Notes under the pieces: model-generated
Databases searched by the model: none
What the model saw: only the letters and a program-made list of their open reading frames with translations
Told to the model about the DNA's origin: nothing
Made by a program: the position numbers and the translations under genes
NCBI GenBank assembly: GCA_951406725.2
Contig: OX597816.1
Location: forward strand, 118,048,001 to 118,112,000
Direction of reading: 5' to 3'
Source: Octopus vulgaris
Lineage: Eukaryota
DNA length: 64,000 nt
Shown here: piece by piece, positions 13,324 through 27,900 of the stretch
How positions within the stretch are numbered: position 1 is the first letter of the stretch
How the letters are laid out: every line of letters begins with the position of its first letter

Positions 13324-16300
13324 GTAAGTGTTTCATTTACCGCATTTCAATTTTTTAACAATTCCCTTGTATATATTTTCTCTCTGTTAGATATCTGAAC
13401 TTAATATTGAACATTTTACAGTTCTTTTCTTTATTTCACAGAAATATTTAAAAATACCAATACAGATGATGTTCTGATGTTTAATGACATTATTTGTTCT
13501 GTATTTAGTACTTCAGAAATTAATACATTTATTTTTTATTAATGGTACACAGGATTGCTTATTATTGTCATCTTCATTGGTTCATATGGAACAGCTTTCT
13601 AAAATTTCCTTCTTTCTATCACTTCCACTTTTTTCTTCCATTTTTTTCTCTGCTGATTTACTAAACCATTAATTCATATAATAAAAATCATGTTATCAGG
13701 CATTATTTTGTCGCAAAATTATTACGAAACTAGGAGTATCAGTTGAGGAATTTCTTTGTCTCAACTGGTTTTTCTTTTCTTCTTTTGTGTTGTACAAAAA
13801 GAGTAGCTTATATTTTTTAATTGACTTAATTCATTAGTTTCTGAGATTATCATAAGAAATCATGGTTTCTGCTTTAGAATGTATCCTTGGATTAAAATTT
13901 GGTTTATGATATAGAAGTCTCTCTGGCAATCTTATTTGAGCCTGTTTTTGTTTCATGTTCCTCTCATACAGTGCATGTAGCAGTGACAATTTTTATTTCA
14001 ACCTCCTTTTCAACAGTCACAATATACATGTTTTTCTTTCCTGAAATTTTATAAAGAAGACATAAGCACTTAACCATGAACTTATTGATCTTGTATTTTT
14101 TTTTAGCCATCAGTTTTAATGTTCTTAATTTTTTAGTGTTGTAAACTGTTTTTGCATTTAGTGTCATTTACTTTTTCTATGTCTTGTGTGTCATAAAATA
14201 TGACTGGTTCTAGTGAAATGTTTCCTTATATTTTACTAATATGCACCACTCATGGAAAATACAGTCCTGAACTGTCTTTTACACTTTACAGATCTAATGA
14301 TACATGGTATGCTTTCTAGGGTGTAAAATTTTTATTTCAGATAAGTGGAATTCTCTAATTTTTAAGTATCTGATATGCCATTATTCTTATTAAATATGAT
14401 ACTGAGCACAAAAAAAAAAACAGGACCTATGAGGAAATAACCTGAAAACAAAGGAAATCTCTAGTTTGAAGTATGTCTTCAAAACATTTTGTTATAGAAA
14501 TGACCCTGTTCCTTGATTTCAGTTCCTCTTTTAGAGTAATTTTCAAATATATTTATGATGTCTTAAAACTGTTATATATATATATCTAAGCATAACCAAG
14601 TTTCTAAAAGTAATCAAGACTAATATTTAATTAGTCTTTATCCACATAAAATGTTGAGCAAGTTTGAACTTATTGGCTTCAGATATTTCAGTAAAAGCTT
14701 AAGTCTTATCAAAGAAATGAGGAATAGTGGCAAATAGTGATAGACAAATTAATATTAGATCAGTTATGTTGATGATCATTGTCAGAAATAACAGCAACAT
14801 CATTATTTTAACAACTTTTTCTTGCTGACATTCTTTAGACTTTTCATCTTGTCTGCAAGCCTCAACACATTCTCAGAACTTACCACATTTCATGTCCTCT
14901 TTTTCTTTGCCTCTTCTATGAATTCTCTTCCTCTTCACCTTACATATTCCTACCTAGTAGGCATCATCTATTTGTATTACATATCAATACCAATACAGTC
15001 ACATCTTTCACATATATTGTTCAATGTGGTTTTAATATCCAGCATCTTTCTCAGTTCATTTGTACTTTGCATGTATGTTAACACTTAAGTAACCGCTTTG
15101 TTACTGCTCATATCTCTCTATTCTTCATATATCTTTCGCATTCAATACTTGACTGTTCTCATACAATATCATACTTCATTCAGTTTGCCATTTCCTCAGA
15201 GAAATTTTGTTTCAAAGTTAGTAATACACCTACTATTACCTGTCCTTAGACATCTGTATCTAAATTCCTGGTTTCCTGCCAATCTACAAGAGATCCCACT
15301 GCATGTTTTCTGTACTCATTTTTTAATTTGGTTTTTCCTAGATCTCTTTCTACACACTTTCCAGACTGTTCTTTATTATGAGTAAAGTTAATTTAATTTT
15401 TTTTTTTTATTTTGTATGTATGTGCATGTCTGTGCATTCATCCTCTTTGTATGTATTTAGTAATTTTTCAGTTTGTTTCATAGCTGTTATATGATTTCTT
15501 TTGATTTTCTCCAAATGATTTATCACCAACTTTAAATCAAAACTCGGGATGCATACAAAGAACTACTTAGCAATTGATGTGTTATTCCATTTTCATCATT
15601 ATCTATTAATGATTAGGACTTCTTAATGGTGCATAATTATCCTCTGTTAGTTGTCTTCTATTTGTGTTAACAAGAATAGCTCTGTTCTCCAAAGTAGAAA
15701 GATGTACAATTGAAATACACACACGCACACATATGCACACACACAATGCATCTGGGAAGAGTCATATTAGCCATTTTCAAAAAAATAAAGTAAAAGATTG
15801 TTAATTTCTTGATTCCTTATTGATGCCTTAACAGTGTTTTTCTATGATGTACTATAGAATATATCTGTTGGTTTTTAGCCAGCTTTGGCAATGTAGACAG
15901 ATGTAAACAACTTAGCTTTTATATTGTATTTACATAAGCAGAAAGTGTGTGATCAGACTGCTATCAGTAGGGGTTTCGGGAAATCAGATTAGCCAGTTGA
16001 CATAAAATAACACATTCTTAGCAGCTAGTTCAATTATTATTGTAAGCAATATCTCTTTAGATAGTTAAAGCGAGTGCTCAGTTGCTGTTGAGGTTCACAT
16101 ATAATTATCTCTATATAAGAATAGCCGACATAAATATTAGTTTGTTGCTTCTTGGTTGATTTCGCCAGTCACACTTTACATTTATAGGGAGAAGTTGAGA
16201 GTAAAAGGAAGAGATGGTATAAGAAGTGTAGGATGAGTGGATATACTAGACTTAGTGGCAGGCAAGGAGCCTTTCTCACATACACTGTGATAGGAAGAAT

Positions 16301-19300
16301 CATGGAGGAGGAGGAAAGGGAGTGAATGTAGTTGGCTGTAGCTGGAAAAACGTCTGAGAGAGAAGCCTTTTGTTGCCAGCAGGTGTAGGATCTCTCTTAA
16401 CTTTGCCCAGCCTAATCTTATTCTCATAGCTATGCTCTTGGAGCATCCACCTCCACTACTAACTTGGTCACCTAGATAATGGAAGCTATCTACTTCTCTA
16501 GTTCAGGTAGTGATTCAGCTATAAGACCAAGGTCATCAGCATAGAGGAGCTCCCAGGGGCATCCTGTCTTGCATTCCTTTGTTATTGCCTGGAGGGCTAC
16601 GATGAACAAGAAGGGGCTGATCACTGATCCTTGATGAACCCCTACTTGTATCCTAAATTATCTGCTGTACTCATTACCCACCCTCACCTTACTGGTAGCG
16701 TCCCTGTACAAGGCTTGTACAGCTCTCACCAACTACTCATCTATCCCTAGTTTCCACATTGACCACCAGATAAAGGATCGGGGTCTCTGTCAAAAGCTTT
16801 CTCTCAGTCAACAAAAGCCAAGTACAGAGGTTTATCTTTGGTTAGGTATTTCTCCTGCAGCTGCCTTACCGGAAATATAGCATCAGTTTTGCTTCTCCCT
16901 TGCACAAAACCAAACTGCATCTCATCTAGACTAACTCTCTCCCTAATTAGTTGGGCTATGACTCTCTCTGTAACTTTCATCACTTGATCCAACAATTTGA
17001 TATTTCTGTAATTATTTCTATCTAAGGCATCACCTTTACCTTTGTAGCAGTTGACTAGGATGCTGCTACACCAGTCATTGGGTGTGACTCCTTTGTGAAC
17101 CACCTGATTTATAATACAGGTGACTAGACCATAACCCAAACCTTGAAACTCAATATGTATTTGATTTCACTTTAGTAACTCTTGTGAAGCACTCAAAAAA
17201 GAACCTTAGTAGATGGAAATTGTGTGGAAGCCCATCATATATAATTTATATATAATTTAATTGAGTAGTGAAATTCAATATGCTTCTGGTGCAGACAGTT
17301 GGTTAGCTTCAAGCATAGAAAATACTTGTATTGATAATACAAAGGAGATGGTAATCAGACAGTTAAGTTTGTTAATCAATGTATTCACTACACTTCATTT
17401 CATATCAAATTAAATAGGAATTCCTATAAGATGACAACTGTTGTACAACTCCAGTATATAGCAACAAAAGTTGCTATTTATGCGATAAGTCTGGGTGAAG
17501 AAAATGGAATAGGTAGTTATGTACTACACCTGTTTCAAAAGACTCACCAAAAATATTATTATCTACTTATTAGTCCATTGTCATAATGAATTTGTCAAGA
17601 GAAACTGGGAAAAATTTTGAAAATTTCAACAGTCAAAAGGGGAGTGGAAATAGGAATCAGTCAAGCACCGAATCACTTGCTTCCCGTACAAGCAAACTCC
17701 AGTGAAGTAGAACATAGTGTGGCTTTCTAAGAAGGTAATTCCCTATCAGTATAAATGAGGTGGTTTTGGAGAATTCGGTGGTGATTAATATTATCGCTAT
17801 ATGGTAATAAAATTGAAAAGACAGTGCTGAGGCAATAACAGTGGAAAAAGTAAGATACTAGAAACAGTGTTGTTTGTAAGATACTTGTACTCACACAAAC
17901 CCATTAACAGATGTCAATACATTATATTCTTATCCACATATACTTACACATACTACATATACTTTACATGACACTGGTATCTGCCACAGCTGCTATTTTG
18001 TTCATACAAGCATATATATGAGAACATATATATATAAATATATACATGTACACATGCATACTCTAAAAATACAAAAAATTATGAATATATGCATAAAAAA
18101 ATCACACATTATTAAATCTTAAGTATATACACATATACTCACACACATGCATATCAGGTGTGACTATTGTTCACCAGAATATCGATGGATGCACACCTGT
18201 GTGTGTAACAATGTAAATTTATGTTTATGTGTGCATCTGGTTATTTATGCATTTAGACATGCTCATTTGTGCTTGGTGTGAATATATGTATTTATTAATG
18301 TGTGTGCATATGAAAGTTTGCCAACATACTTACGTTATCTGTGTGTCTTTATCCTGAGTAATTGTTCTATTAAATCCATTACATGGTTCTATGCCAGTTA
18401 ATCTGGAAGCTGGCATGTAAACATGGTATAGATTTAATGGTAGGGTTACTAGATATAAATAACCTACATAGTTTTCAAGTGGTTATAGATTATCTTTGTT
18501 TGAACATGCAAAACCATAAATAAAAGATGCCTGTTTGTCACTTGGAAGTACATACATAATAAAAAATTCCAAGTACAATCATATCTGGTGTTCAACCATT
18601 CAGTATTTTCAAGTATTTCAACAAAAATTTTAATATAATGCAACAAAGATTTATTGGATTTCTATGAGAATGTAGATTACAATTCTTATAGAATAAAATA
18701 TTCATTTTCCTAGAAAGACAAAGATCAATATGATCATTATTTTTAGTAAAATGTTCAGCATACTCAAACATCTTCTTAATGCTTTTTCAATTTCTGATAT
18801 TTTTATTATTTTAAACTCAAGATATGTTTTGACAAGTTTTTGTTAGACCTTTTGGGATTCCAGAAAGTATATAAATGTTGATTAAATCTTAGATTAAAAA
18901 GATCTTCAGTCATCCTGACATACTTCTTTTCACACCTTAAACTAAAGGCGAAATTTTCAATGGACAATTTATAGGTTAAAACAATTTTATGAATTGAAAG
19001 AATTTGTAGTCAGACATCTAAGATTTTTACTACCATTTACTATTTTGTAGCAAAATCTGGTATTTAACCAAAACTTTATTTAACATTATTCTTATTCAAA
19101 ATGTTACATCTGTAGTTTAAAAATATTATAAGTGTTAAACCAAGCAATTTAATGTACCCTATTTTTAAATGCTTCATTTTGACTTATAGTGACAAAAAGA
19201 AATTAACTGTCAATGAATATTGAGACATAATTTTTATTAAATTAAATATCCTTTACTTATTTATTATTGAATGATAGAGCAGCACATGCCAGCAACGTGA

Positions 19301-21906
19301 GCTGGAGTACAAATATACAAAACATAATATACCCATCATGACTACCCGTCTGATAACGGTGTGCATGACACAGTGGCCTCATATCAAGGTGAACAGTGCA
19401 TGACCTTGCAGGCCGGACCCAGTTAGAATTTTCTTCAGGTTGAGTAGACTATATTACTCAAAGGGTCCCTGAACAGTTAGGGATGATGAATGAAACCCCC
19501 CATGTTTTCAGGGAAGAATTATTCAAATCCTAAAGAATCCTTTTCAACATGTGGCTATGATGCTCCTCCACTACTCCTGCTCATGGTCAGAGATGCATGT
19601 ATTGTCAGCCACTAAGGGACATGCTCAACTGGTTATGGTCAAGCCATGTGATTTTTGCCATCAACATGCAAAACTATATCAGAAGTAGATTTTTGAAAAT
19701 AATCAAGTGAAAATTTGAAAAAGTGGCTGGGAGAAATTTTTATAAATACACACACACTCACACACACACACGTGTGTATGTATATATATATATATGTATC
19801 AGGTCATCCCACAAGTTCTGTCTGATTTTACCTTTTTTAAGATTGAATGAAATTTAATAGTATTTTAGAATGTCTAATGAAATTAAAAATTATTTTTATG
19901 CATTTGTGTACATTTAAACTAATTAAATATTATTTCACAGAATAATAGAATTAAAATTTCTTTGATTAAAACACTTTCTAACATGGAAGTATCCAAAGAG
20001 CATTTGAGGCACATAATGCTTTATGAGTACAAAATAAAGGAAACTCTGCAGCTGAAGCGACTTGAAACATACACTCAGTTTATGGGAAAGAATGCTTGAA
20101 TGAAAGAACTTGCAGAAAATGGTTTGCAGAATTCAGATGTGGAGATTTCAGCCTTGAAGATGAAGATCAAACAGGACGCCCAGTCGAGTTTGATGATAAA
20201 CTCCTTGAGGCATTACTTGAAGAAAATCCTGCATTATCAGTTAAAGAATTGGCAATAACGCTTAGTCGAAACCATACAACTGTTCATTGTCATCTTCAAC
20301 AACTTGGAAAGGTTCTTAAACTTGGAAAATGGGTGCCTCATGAATTGTCCAAAAGCAACTGCAAATCCCGAGTTGACATTTGCTCTTCTCTCCATTCTCG
20401 CGAGCTCATTTCACCCTTTTTGGACAGACTTGCGGCTGGTGACAAAAAATGGATTTTTTTATCGAAATGTTAAACGTCGTAAACAGTGGCTTGGTAAAAG
20501 AGAAAAAGCTCAACTACAACCGAGAAGGGAACTTCATGGGAAAATGGTTCTTCTCTCTATCTGGTGGGATAGTCTACTGTCAACAATTAGAGTGTTTGAA
20601 CAAAGCTTTGAAGAAAAAAAGACTCGCTTTAGTGAATCGAAAAGGAGTGATGTTTCGTCAGGAAGATGTGCAACCCCACACTGCATAGATCACATCACAG
20701 AAGATCGAAGAGCTTGGTTGGGAAAAAATTCCTCATCCACCTTATTCTCCTGACCTTGCTCCTTCAGACTACCATTTGTTTCGTAGTTTCGTAGAATCAT
20801 TTGGGGGACATAACTTTCGCAAGCCAAGAGGAGGTCGAAACTGACATTTCAGAGTTGTTCACTTTAAAACCAAAAGAGTTTTACATTAATGGGATTAAAA
20901 GGCTTGTAAATAGATGGAAGGAAGTCATAGATAATCAGGGAAAGTACATGATTAAATTTCAATTAAATATAACATTTGATAACACTTGATAACACTTGTT
21001 TTCTTTATTTAAAATTAGGACAGAACTTACGGGATGACCTGATATATATATAAATATATATATACACTTACATTACTATGATTTGTTTTGATTCTCTATT
21101 CATGTTTAGTGCTTATCTGGTGTTTGAGAACGTCAGAAGCATATGTAAATGTCAAACAATGAGTATGAGCGCTCAACACCGCATTGGTGTATAAAGATTC
21201 TTTGTGTATTAAGGCTACCATTGGTTTCATGTTAAGAGAATATCTTAATGTCTTAACAAATTTTCAAGCTGATCACAAGGAGAAATTGGTGTTCATTTCC
21301 ATTTTGGATTAAAACATGTGAGTGACTTGAAAAATTATTACGATATTAAGATAATTTTCTTAACATGAAAGCAATGTTAGCCTTAATACACAAATAAAGA
21401 ATCTTTATCCACCAATGTAGTGTTGAGCACTCATTCTCACTGTTCAACATTTATGTATACATACATACAGGAAGAATCTTGTTTGTAGATTTATAATTGG
21501 ACTTTTGTTGTAGTAGTCATGATGTTTTGGTGATCTGATGATCTTGCTTTCTTTATTTGCCTTAATTTTGTGAATATTAAATTCTGTTGTATAATGCTGA
21601 GCACACATGAATGCAAACATGTATCCATAATTCCTTGTATATTGAAATTAATACTACATGAAGGTTGTGAAATGGCATAATCCTATGGAACTTACATGAT
21701 TAAATAAATCTACCTTCTTCACCCATACCTTCTGGCTTTGTTTTTATGTACTTCTCAGAGAATATTTTTATTGATAATAATTTCTAGATTTTCAGTTACA
21801 TGGACACTTTACATTACACTTCTTTGTAATTGATTATTATGTGGACTGATAGCCGAGTCTGTATGAAGAGCTTACTGTGATAGCTGCATGATTTTCTGAA
21901 TCCATC

Positions 21907-21943
<37 letters not shown>

Positions 21944-24900
21944 TGCATACATGCATACATACATATATATATATATATATACATACATACACACACACAC
22001 ACATATATATATGCACACACATGCACATATATTTATACATATGCATGATGCATATTTGTGATGAAAATTTTTTTAAAACTGTGAATCCCATTTTTTTTAA
22101 TTTGAAAGATACAATATTTACATCTATACTAAATGTTGATCACTTTCATCTCTGATCATTGCCAGGTGTCTACCTTTTGGATTTGTACATAATACTAAGG
22201 TGGATTCAAACTGGGAACCTCTATTTCTAAACTAAAGATGGTAACGCTCTTATCCACTAGGTCACTAGCACAAGTCTGCTATTAGTTTAGAAATGAAGGT
22301 TCCATGACCAAATTGAGTTTGATACTATTTAGAAATTCAAGAATAAGACACTTGCTGAGAGTTGGAGATTAAGGTAATTGAAACATAGTCTAGCTGTAAA
22401 GCTGAAAAAAATAGATGGAAATCACATTTGTTGATTCATATTGATTTACGTACCATTATGTAAATGACCACTATATTTCTATTTTAGACAGGAACATTTT
22501 TTAAGCTTGGCTATCTCATTTAACCCTTTTGTTACCATATCAATGTTGAAATACACTACATTTGTTTAATTTAATTTTGAAAATATTGAAGAATTTAGTA
22601 AAATAACTGTCATTATTAAGCTTGTGAGCTGACAGAAACATTAGCATACCAGGTGAAATGCTTAGTGACATTTCATCTGTTTTCACATTCCACGTTCAAA
22701 TTCTGCCAAGGCTGACTTTGCTTTTCACCCTTTCGGGGTTAATGAAATAAGTACTAGTCCAGCACTGGGGTTGATGTAATCGACTTATTCTCTCCCCCAA
22801 ACTTGCTGGCATTGTGCCAAAATTTGAAATCATTATTAAGCTGGTGTTTGGAACATATGAAATTCTGGTAGGTTTTAAATTTAGATCACTTTACAACTGA
22901 ATTTGTTTCATAGGCAGAAGAGTAGTTTCAAGTGAGTTGGTATCAAAAGGGTTAAACATCATAAGTCTTACTCACTGAACGAGTTTTCAAAAATCAATTC
23001 TATGTAATTTGCCCAAGAATGTATCACTAATTTCCTTCAGACACTCAAAAGTAAAATCCTTAGCATCTTTCATGATGCTATGGGATTATGAGTTTTTCTT
23101 TTTGTCTGTTTTATTTTTATGTATTTACATTTTACATTTTATAAAAAGGTATTGTAATAAATGAAATCAAAGGGGAAATGTATAAACAATAAGCTGTTGA
23201 TGTTGTTAATATTTTAAATGTCAAATGTAATCAAATAAAGTTTGGTTCTAATGTGAGATATGTGTTCATTACATTTGAAAGTTAAAACTGAAATTGCTAA
23301 ATGGAAAGATCTATTTTACATTCAATTTGTTTGTTTGTGTTACATATGTAATAATAGCCCTGAATTACCGAAATAGTGTGTAATAGTCATATTTATTCAG
23401 TGACTGGTACTCACTCCTAAAACTGAAAACTGCTCAGATGTGATGAATGCGGCTTAACATGACCTGACATGACACAACTTGTGACATTCTTTTGGATACT
23501 GACTAACTCCCACCACCCCTACATCTTGACCTAAACTAGTTTTAAGTTCACCTCTCCACCGATAAATTAGTGTTAGATCAGAGCACTTGGCTCAACTATT
23601 GATTTTCTTCTTCTGCAGAGCGTATGAAAGGATACCCTCAAAATTTTCCACGTGAGTAACGGAATATGAAATCTCAATTTTATTTCAAATGCCTACTATA
23701 GCTATGGGTTTCTGTTTATTTATTACATTTATTATATTTATTATTTTGGAGAGAGGAATATGTGATAATAATAATGATGATGATGATGATAATAATAATA
23801 ATAAAAAAAGGGTTAGTGTTTTACTATTTTTTAAATTACCTAATTTTGGATAAGAAAGTAACCATTTTTATATATACTCTACTATTTAAATTGGTTTTAA
23901 ATTTTTAGACTAAAAGACTGATACACATGTGCATTTATGTACACTCACACATACATATGTGTACATATATATTTATATGTCCAGTTCTCTTTCAAGGAAA
24001 CATTTTGTAATCCTTAACTGAGTTGTGAAGGGGAAATAATAAAAAATATTTCTTGCTGGCTGAAAAAATTCAATTATGTATATATAATTTTATCCAGAAC
24101 TGTTATAGAACATTAAGTTCTTTAGTGCTTCAAGATGAAACCAGACAATGATTTTCATATTGCAGTCGCATTGTATGTTCTCTTTATTTTTAGTGTTCTC
24201 TTGTTATTAAAACTAATGTTATCATTGTTGCAATGTTGTGAAATTGTCTTTGTTGCCCCATATGGCAAGATAATGAAGTTAGCATTATTTTTTATTAATA
24301 TTTGAGGATGGCACATCACAGATTTTGTAGATTACTATACAAAATACTTTATAGTATTTAGCTGCATCCCTTTATATTTTGAACTGAAATCCTGCTAAAG
24401 TTTATTTTGTCTTTCATCCATCCTGGATTGATAAAATACCAGTCAGATACTGAGTTCAATATAGTTAACTGGTCCCTACCCCCAAAATTTCTGGACTTGT
24501 GCCTATTCTACAAAATTATTATTATTGTTATTATTGTTACAATTTTGATTATTGTTGTTATTGCTATTATTATGATTGTCAATCTGGTGGATACAGTAAT
24601 GTGGTGGTAAGTTTTTGGTGAACTCAGTGGTTTGGTTTCAATCCCTGATTGAAATTGAAGCACCTATTTCACTAATGCCTTTGGGAAAGGCATGAACTTT
24701 GTTTCTCATACCCTGCATTCTTAAGTCTTCAAGTTTAAGTGAAACATTATGCTTGTGGTGAGTGTTACAATGCAATGGTAAGTTCTTGACAAACCAAGTG
24801 TGCCATTCAGTTTTGATTCTAAATTTATACCATTTCTACATTGTTATTACTCTTACGGAAGATATGAACTACACAATTTCTCATTCTTCTCAGACATGTA

Positions 24901-27900
24901 TGTAAGAAACTATATTACAAGTTTGTGCATGGTTTCTTGAATGGCAACAAAAAGCAGCAAAATACCACACAAATTACACTTTATCTTTTCAGATTGCTAT
25001 ATTTAAAAAAAAGGACCCAAAAAAACTATCTTTGGTCATAAGTCTGCTTGGTCAAAGTATGCCTGAGGCCTAACAAAAACTTTTTATCATACCACTGCAG
25101 TGTCTGCTCTTGAGCAAAGAACCAGTGAACCATATGGATTGATAGTATCTACTAATTGCCTCTTTTCAAAAATTGCAGGCATCATGCTTAAATTAGAGAC
25201 CATTATTTTGAATGTGATGGATTGGCCAAAACATTAGTGTGTTGAACAAAATGCTTTTCAGTATTTGTTTCTGCTCTTTACATTTCGAGTTCAAATTCTA
25301 CTAAAGTCAACCTTTGCAGAATTATCAGTTTGTCAATAAAAACGATACTTAGCAGCAATACTTCCTGCTCTCTACATTCTGAATTCAAATTCTATTGAGG
25401 TTGACTTAGCCTTTCATCCTTTTGGGCTTGATATAATCAATCGAACTCTCCTGCTAAGTTTACTGACTTGGTGCCAATATTTGAAACCATCATCATTACA
25501 AGAGATAAATTATAAGAATCACTAGCATGTCGTAAAAATGCCTTGCGTTATTTGATTTGGCCAACATCAACTTTGCCTTTCATCCTTTTAGGATTGATAA
25601 AATAAAGTTCTAGTTATAGATTGAAAGTTGATTTCATTGATTATATATGTACCCCATCCTTAGAAATTTAATACCCTGAGCCAATGCAAAAAGACTATGT
25701 AAAGAGCAGAATGCCTGTCTAAATGTCTTGCAGTATTCACTTATGTCCCCTTACATTTCTAAGTTATGTTTCTGTTGAAGTTGACTTCACCTTTCATACC
25801 TTCTGGAGTTGTTTACATTAGGTGCTAGTTGTATACTTGAGTTGATTTCATTAACTGTAACCATTCTTCAAAATGTGTGACCTTTTACTGATATCAGAAG
25901 TCATTATTATTACTATTAGAGTTACAACCTTGTTTTAACTAATCAATCAAAACTGAAAGGCATCACTCAGCTAAAATAACCAAACTTCAAATTTATGTTT
26001 AAAATGTTAATAATAATAATAATTTTTTTCTAATTTTGGAACAGAGCCAGCAATTTTAAGGGGAGGTGTTTAGTTGATACCATTGACCCTTGAAATTGAT
26101 TGTACTTCATTTCATTGACCCCCAAAAGGACAAAAGGCAAAGTTGACCTCAGCTGGATTTAAACTCGGAACATAGAGAGCTGGAACAAATACTGCAAAGC
26201 ATTTTGTCCAAGGCTCTAATATTTCTGCCAGCTTGCCACCTATAATGATTATTTTTAGGCCAGAAATTTTGGGTTGAGGGCATTAGTCAATTACCTCTTC
26301 TCCCAATCCTCCCATACGTGACAGGTGCTTTATTTAACCAACCCAGAAAGAATAAAAAAGCAAAGTTGCACTCAGCAGGATTTGAACACAGAACTTTTTG
26401 CTTTTGTGTTTAAATCCCACCAAGATCAACTTTGCTTTTCATTCTTCTGAGATGGATAAAATAAAGTACCAGCACCTGTTCCCTTCAAAAATGCTTAAGT
26501 CAGAAACCATTGTTATTCGAGCTGGCAGAATTATTAGCACTCTGGTCGAAATGCTTAGTGGCATTTCACCCATCTTTATGTTGAGTTCAAGTTCTGCCAT
26601 GGTGAACTTTACCTTTCATATTTTTCGGGGCCAATAGAATAAGTACCAGTCATGCACTGGGTCATTGTAAATGATTTACCTATTCTTTGAACTTGCTGAC
26701 CTTGTGCCAAAGTTTGAAACCATTTACAATTATTATTAAGGCAGTAAGCTGGCAGAATTGTTAGCATGCCAGGTGAAATGCTTAGCAGTATTTTGTCTGC
26801 CACTACGTTCTGAGTTCAAATTCCACCAGGTCAGCTTTACCTTTCATTTTTTTCGGTGTCAATAAAATAAGTATCAATTGAACACTGGGGTTGATGTAAT
26901 TGATTCATCCAGACCCCCCAAAATTGCTGCTCTTGTCGAAAAAATTTGAAACCATTATTATTATTATTATTATTATTATGGTAGCAAGCTGACAGAATTG
27001 TTAGCATACCAGGTGAAATGCTGCAAAGCATCTGTTACTGTTCTGAGTTCAAATTCCACTGAGGTCGACTTTGCTTTCATCCTTTTGGGGCAGATAAATT
27101 AAGTACTGGAGGTCAGTGTAATCAACTAGCTCCTTCCCCCAAAATTCCAGGCCTTGTGCCTTTAGTAGAAAGGATTATTATTATTATTATTGTACACTGA
27201 CAGAATTATTAGCATACCAGACAAAATGCTGCTATCATTTTGTCTGTCTTTACATTCTGAAACAAGCTAGCAGAATCATTAGCACGCCAAACAAAATACA
27301 TAGTGGCATTTTGTCTGTTTTCATGTTTTGAGTTCAAATTCCTTTAAGGTCAACTTTGCCTTTCATCCTTTTGGGGTCAATAAAATAAGCACCAATTGAG
27401 CACTGGGGTCGATGTAATCGACTTACCCCATCCCCTAGAATTGCTGCCCTTGTGCCAAGATTTGAAACCATTATTATTATTATTATGTAATGAGCTGGCA
27501 GAGTCATTAGCATACCAGACAAAATGAATTGTGGCATTTCTTCCAGCTTTACATTCCAAGTTCAAATTATGCTGAGATTGACTTTGCCTTTCACCCTTTC
27601 AGCTCGGTAAAATAAGTATCAGTTGAGCATTGGGGTTTATGTAATCGACTAGATTGCTTCCCTAAAATTTCAGATCTTATGCCTATAGTAAAAATAATTA
27701 TTAATAATGAAGGTTGGCAGAAATTGTATTGTGCCTAACAAACAATGCTTTACCTTATTTAATTATATCCTTTTTTATGTGGTGATTGTGAATCCCTTTG
27801 CAGTTGACTTTACATTCTCACAATTTTGCTGAAATAAGTGTCAGTTAAGTATTGAAACCAATTAAATGGACTATTCATTGAATGCAACTTTGTGGCAGTG

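Noticed and set aside
21814-22155. ORFs of YIYI/CVCV/HTHT type (also near 29772-30003)
   Set aside because: Translations of (TA)n/(CA)n microsatellites.
26740-26830. tRNA genes at A/B-box-like motifs (agctggcagaa...gagttcaaattcc)
   Set aside because: No cloverleaf; these are SINE heads.
26398-27565. Multiple 60-80-aa ORFs with similar sequence
   Set aside because: Chance frames across SINE copies.
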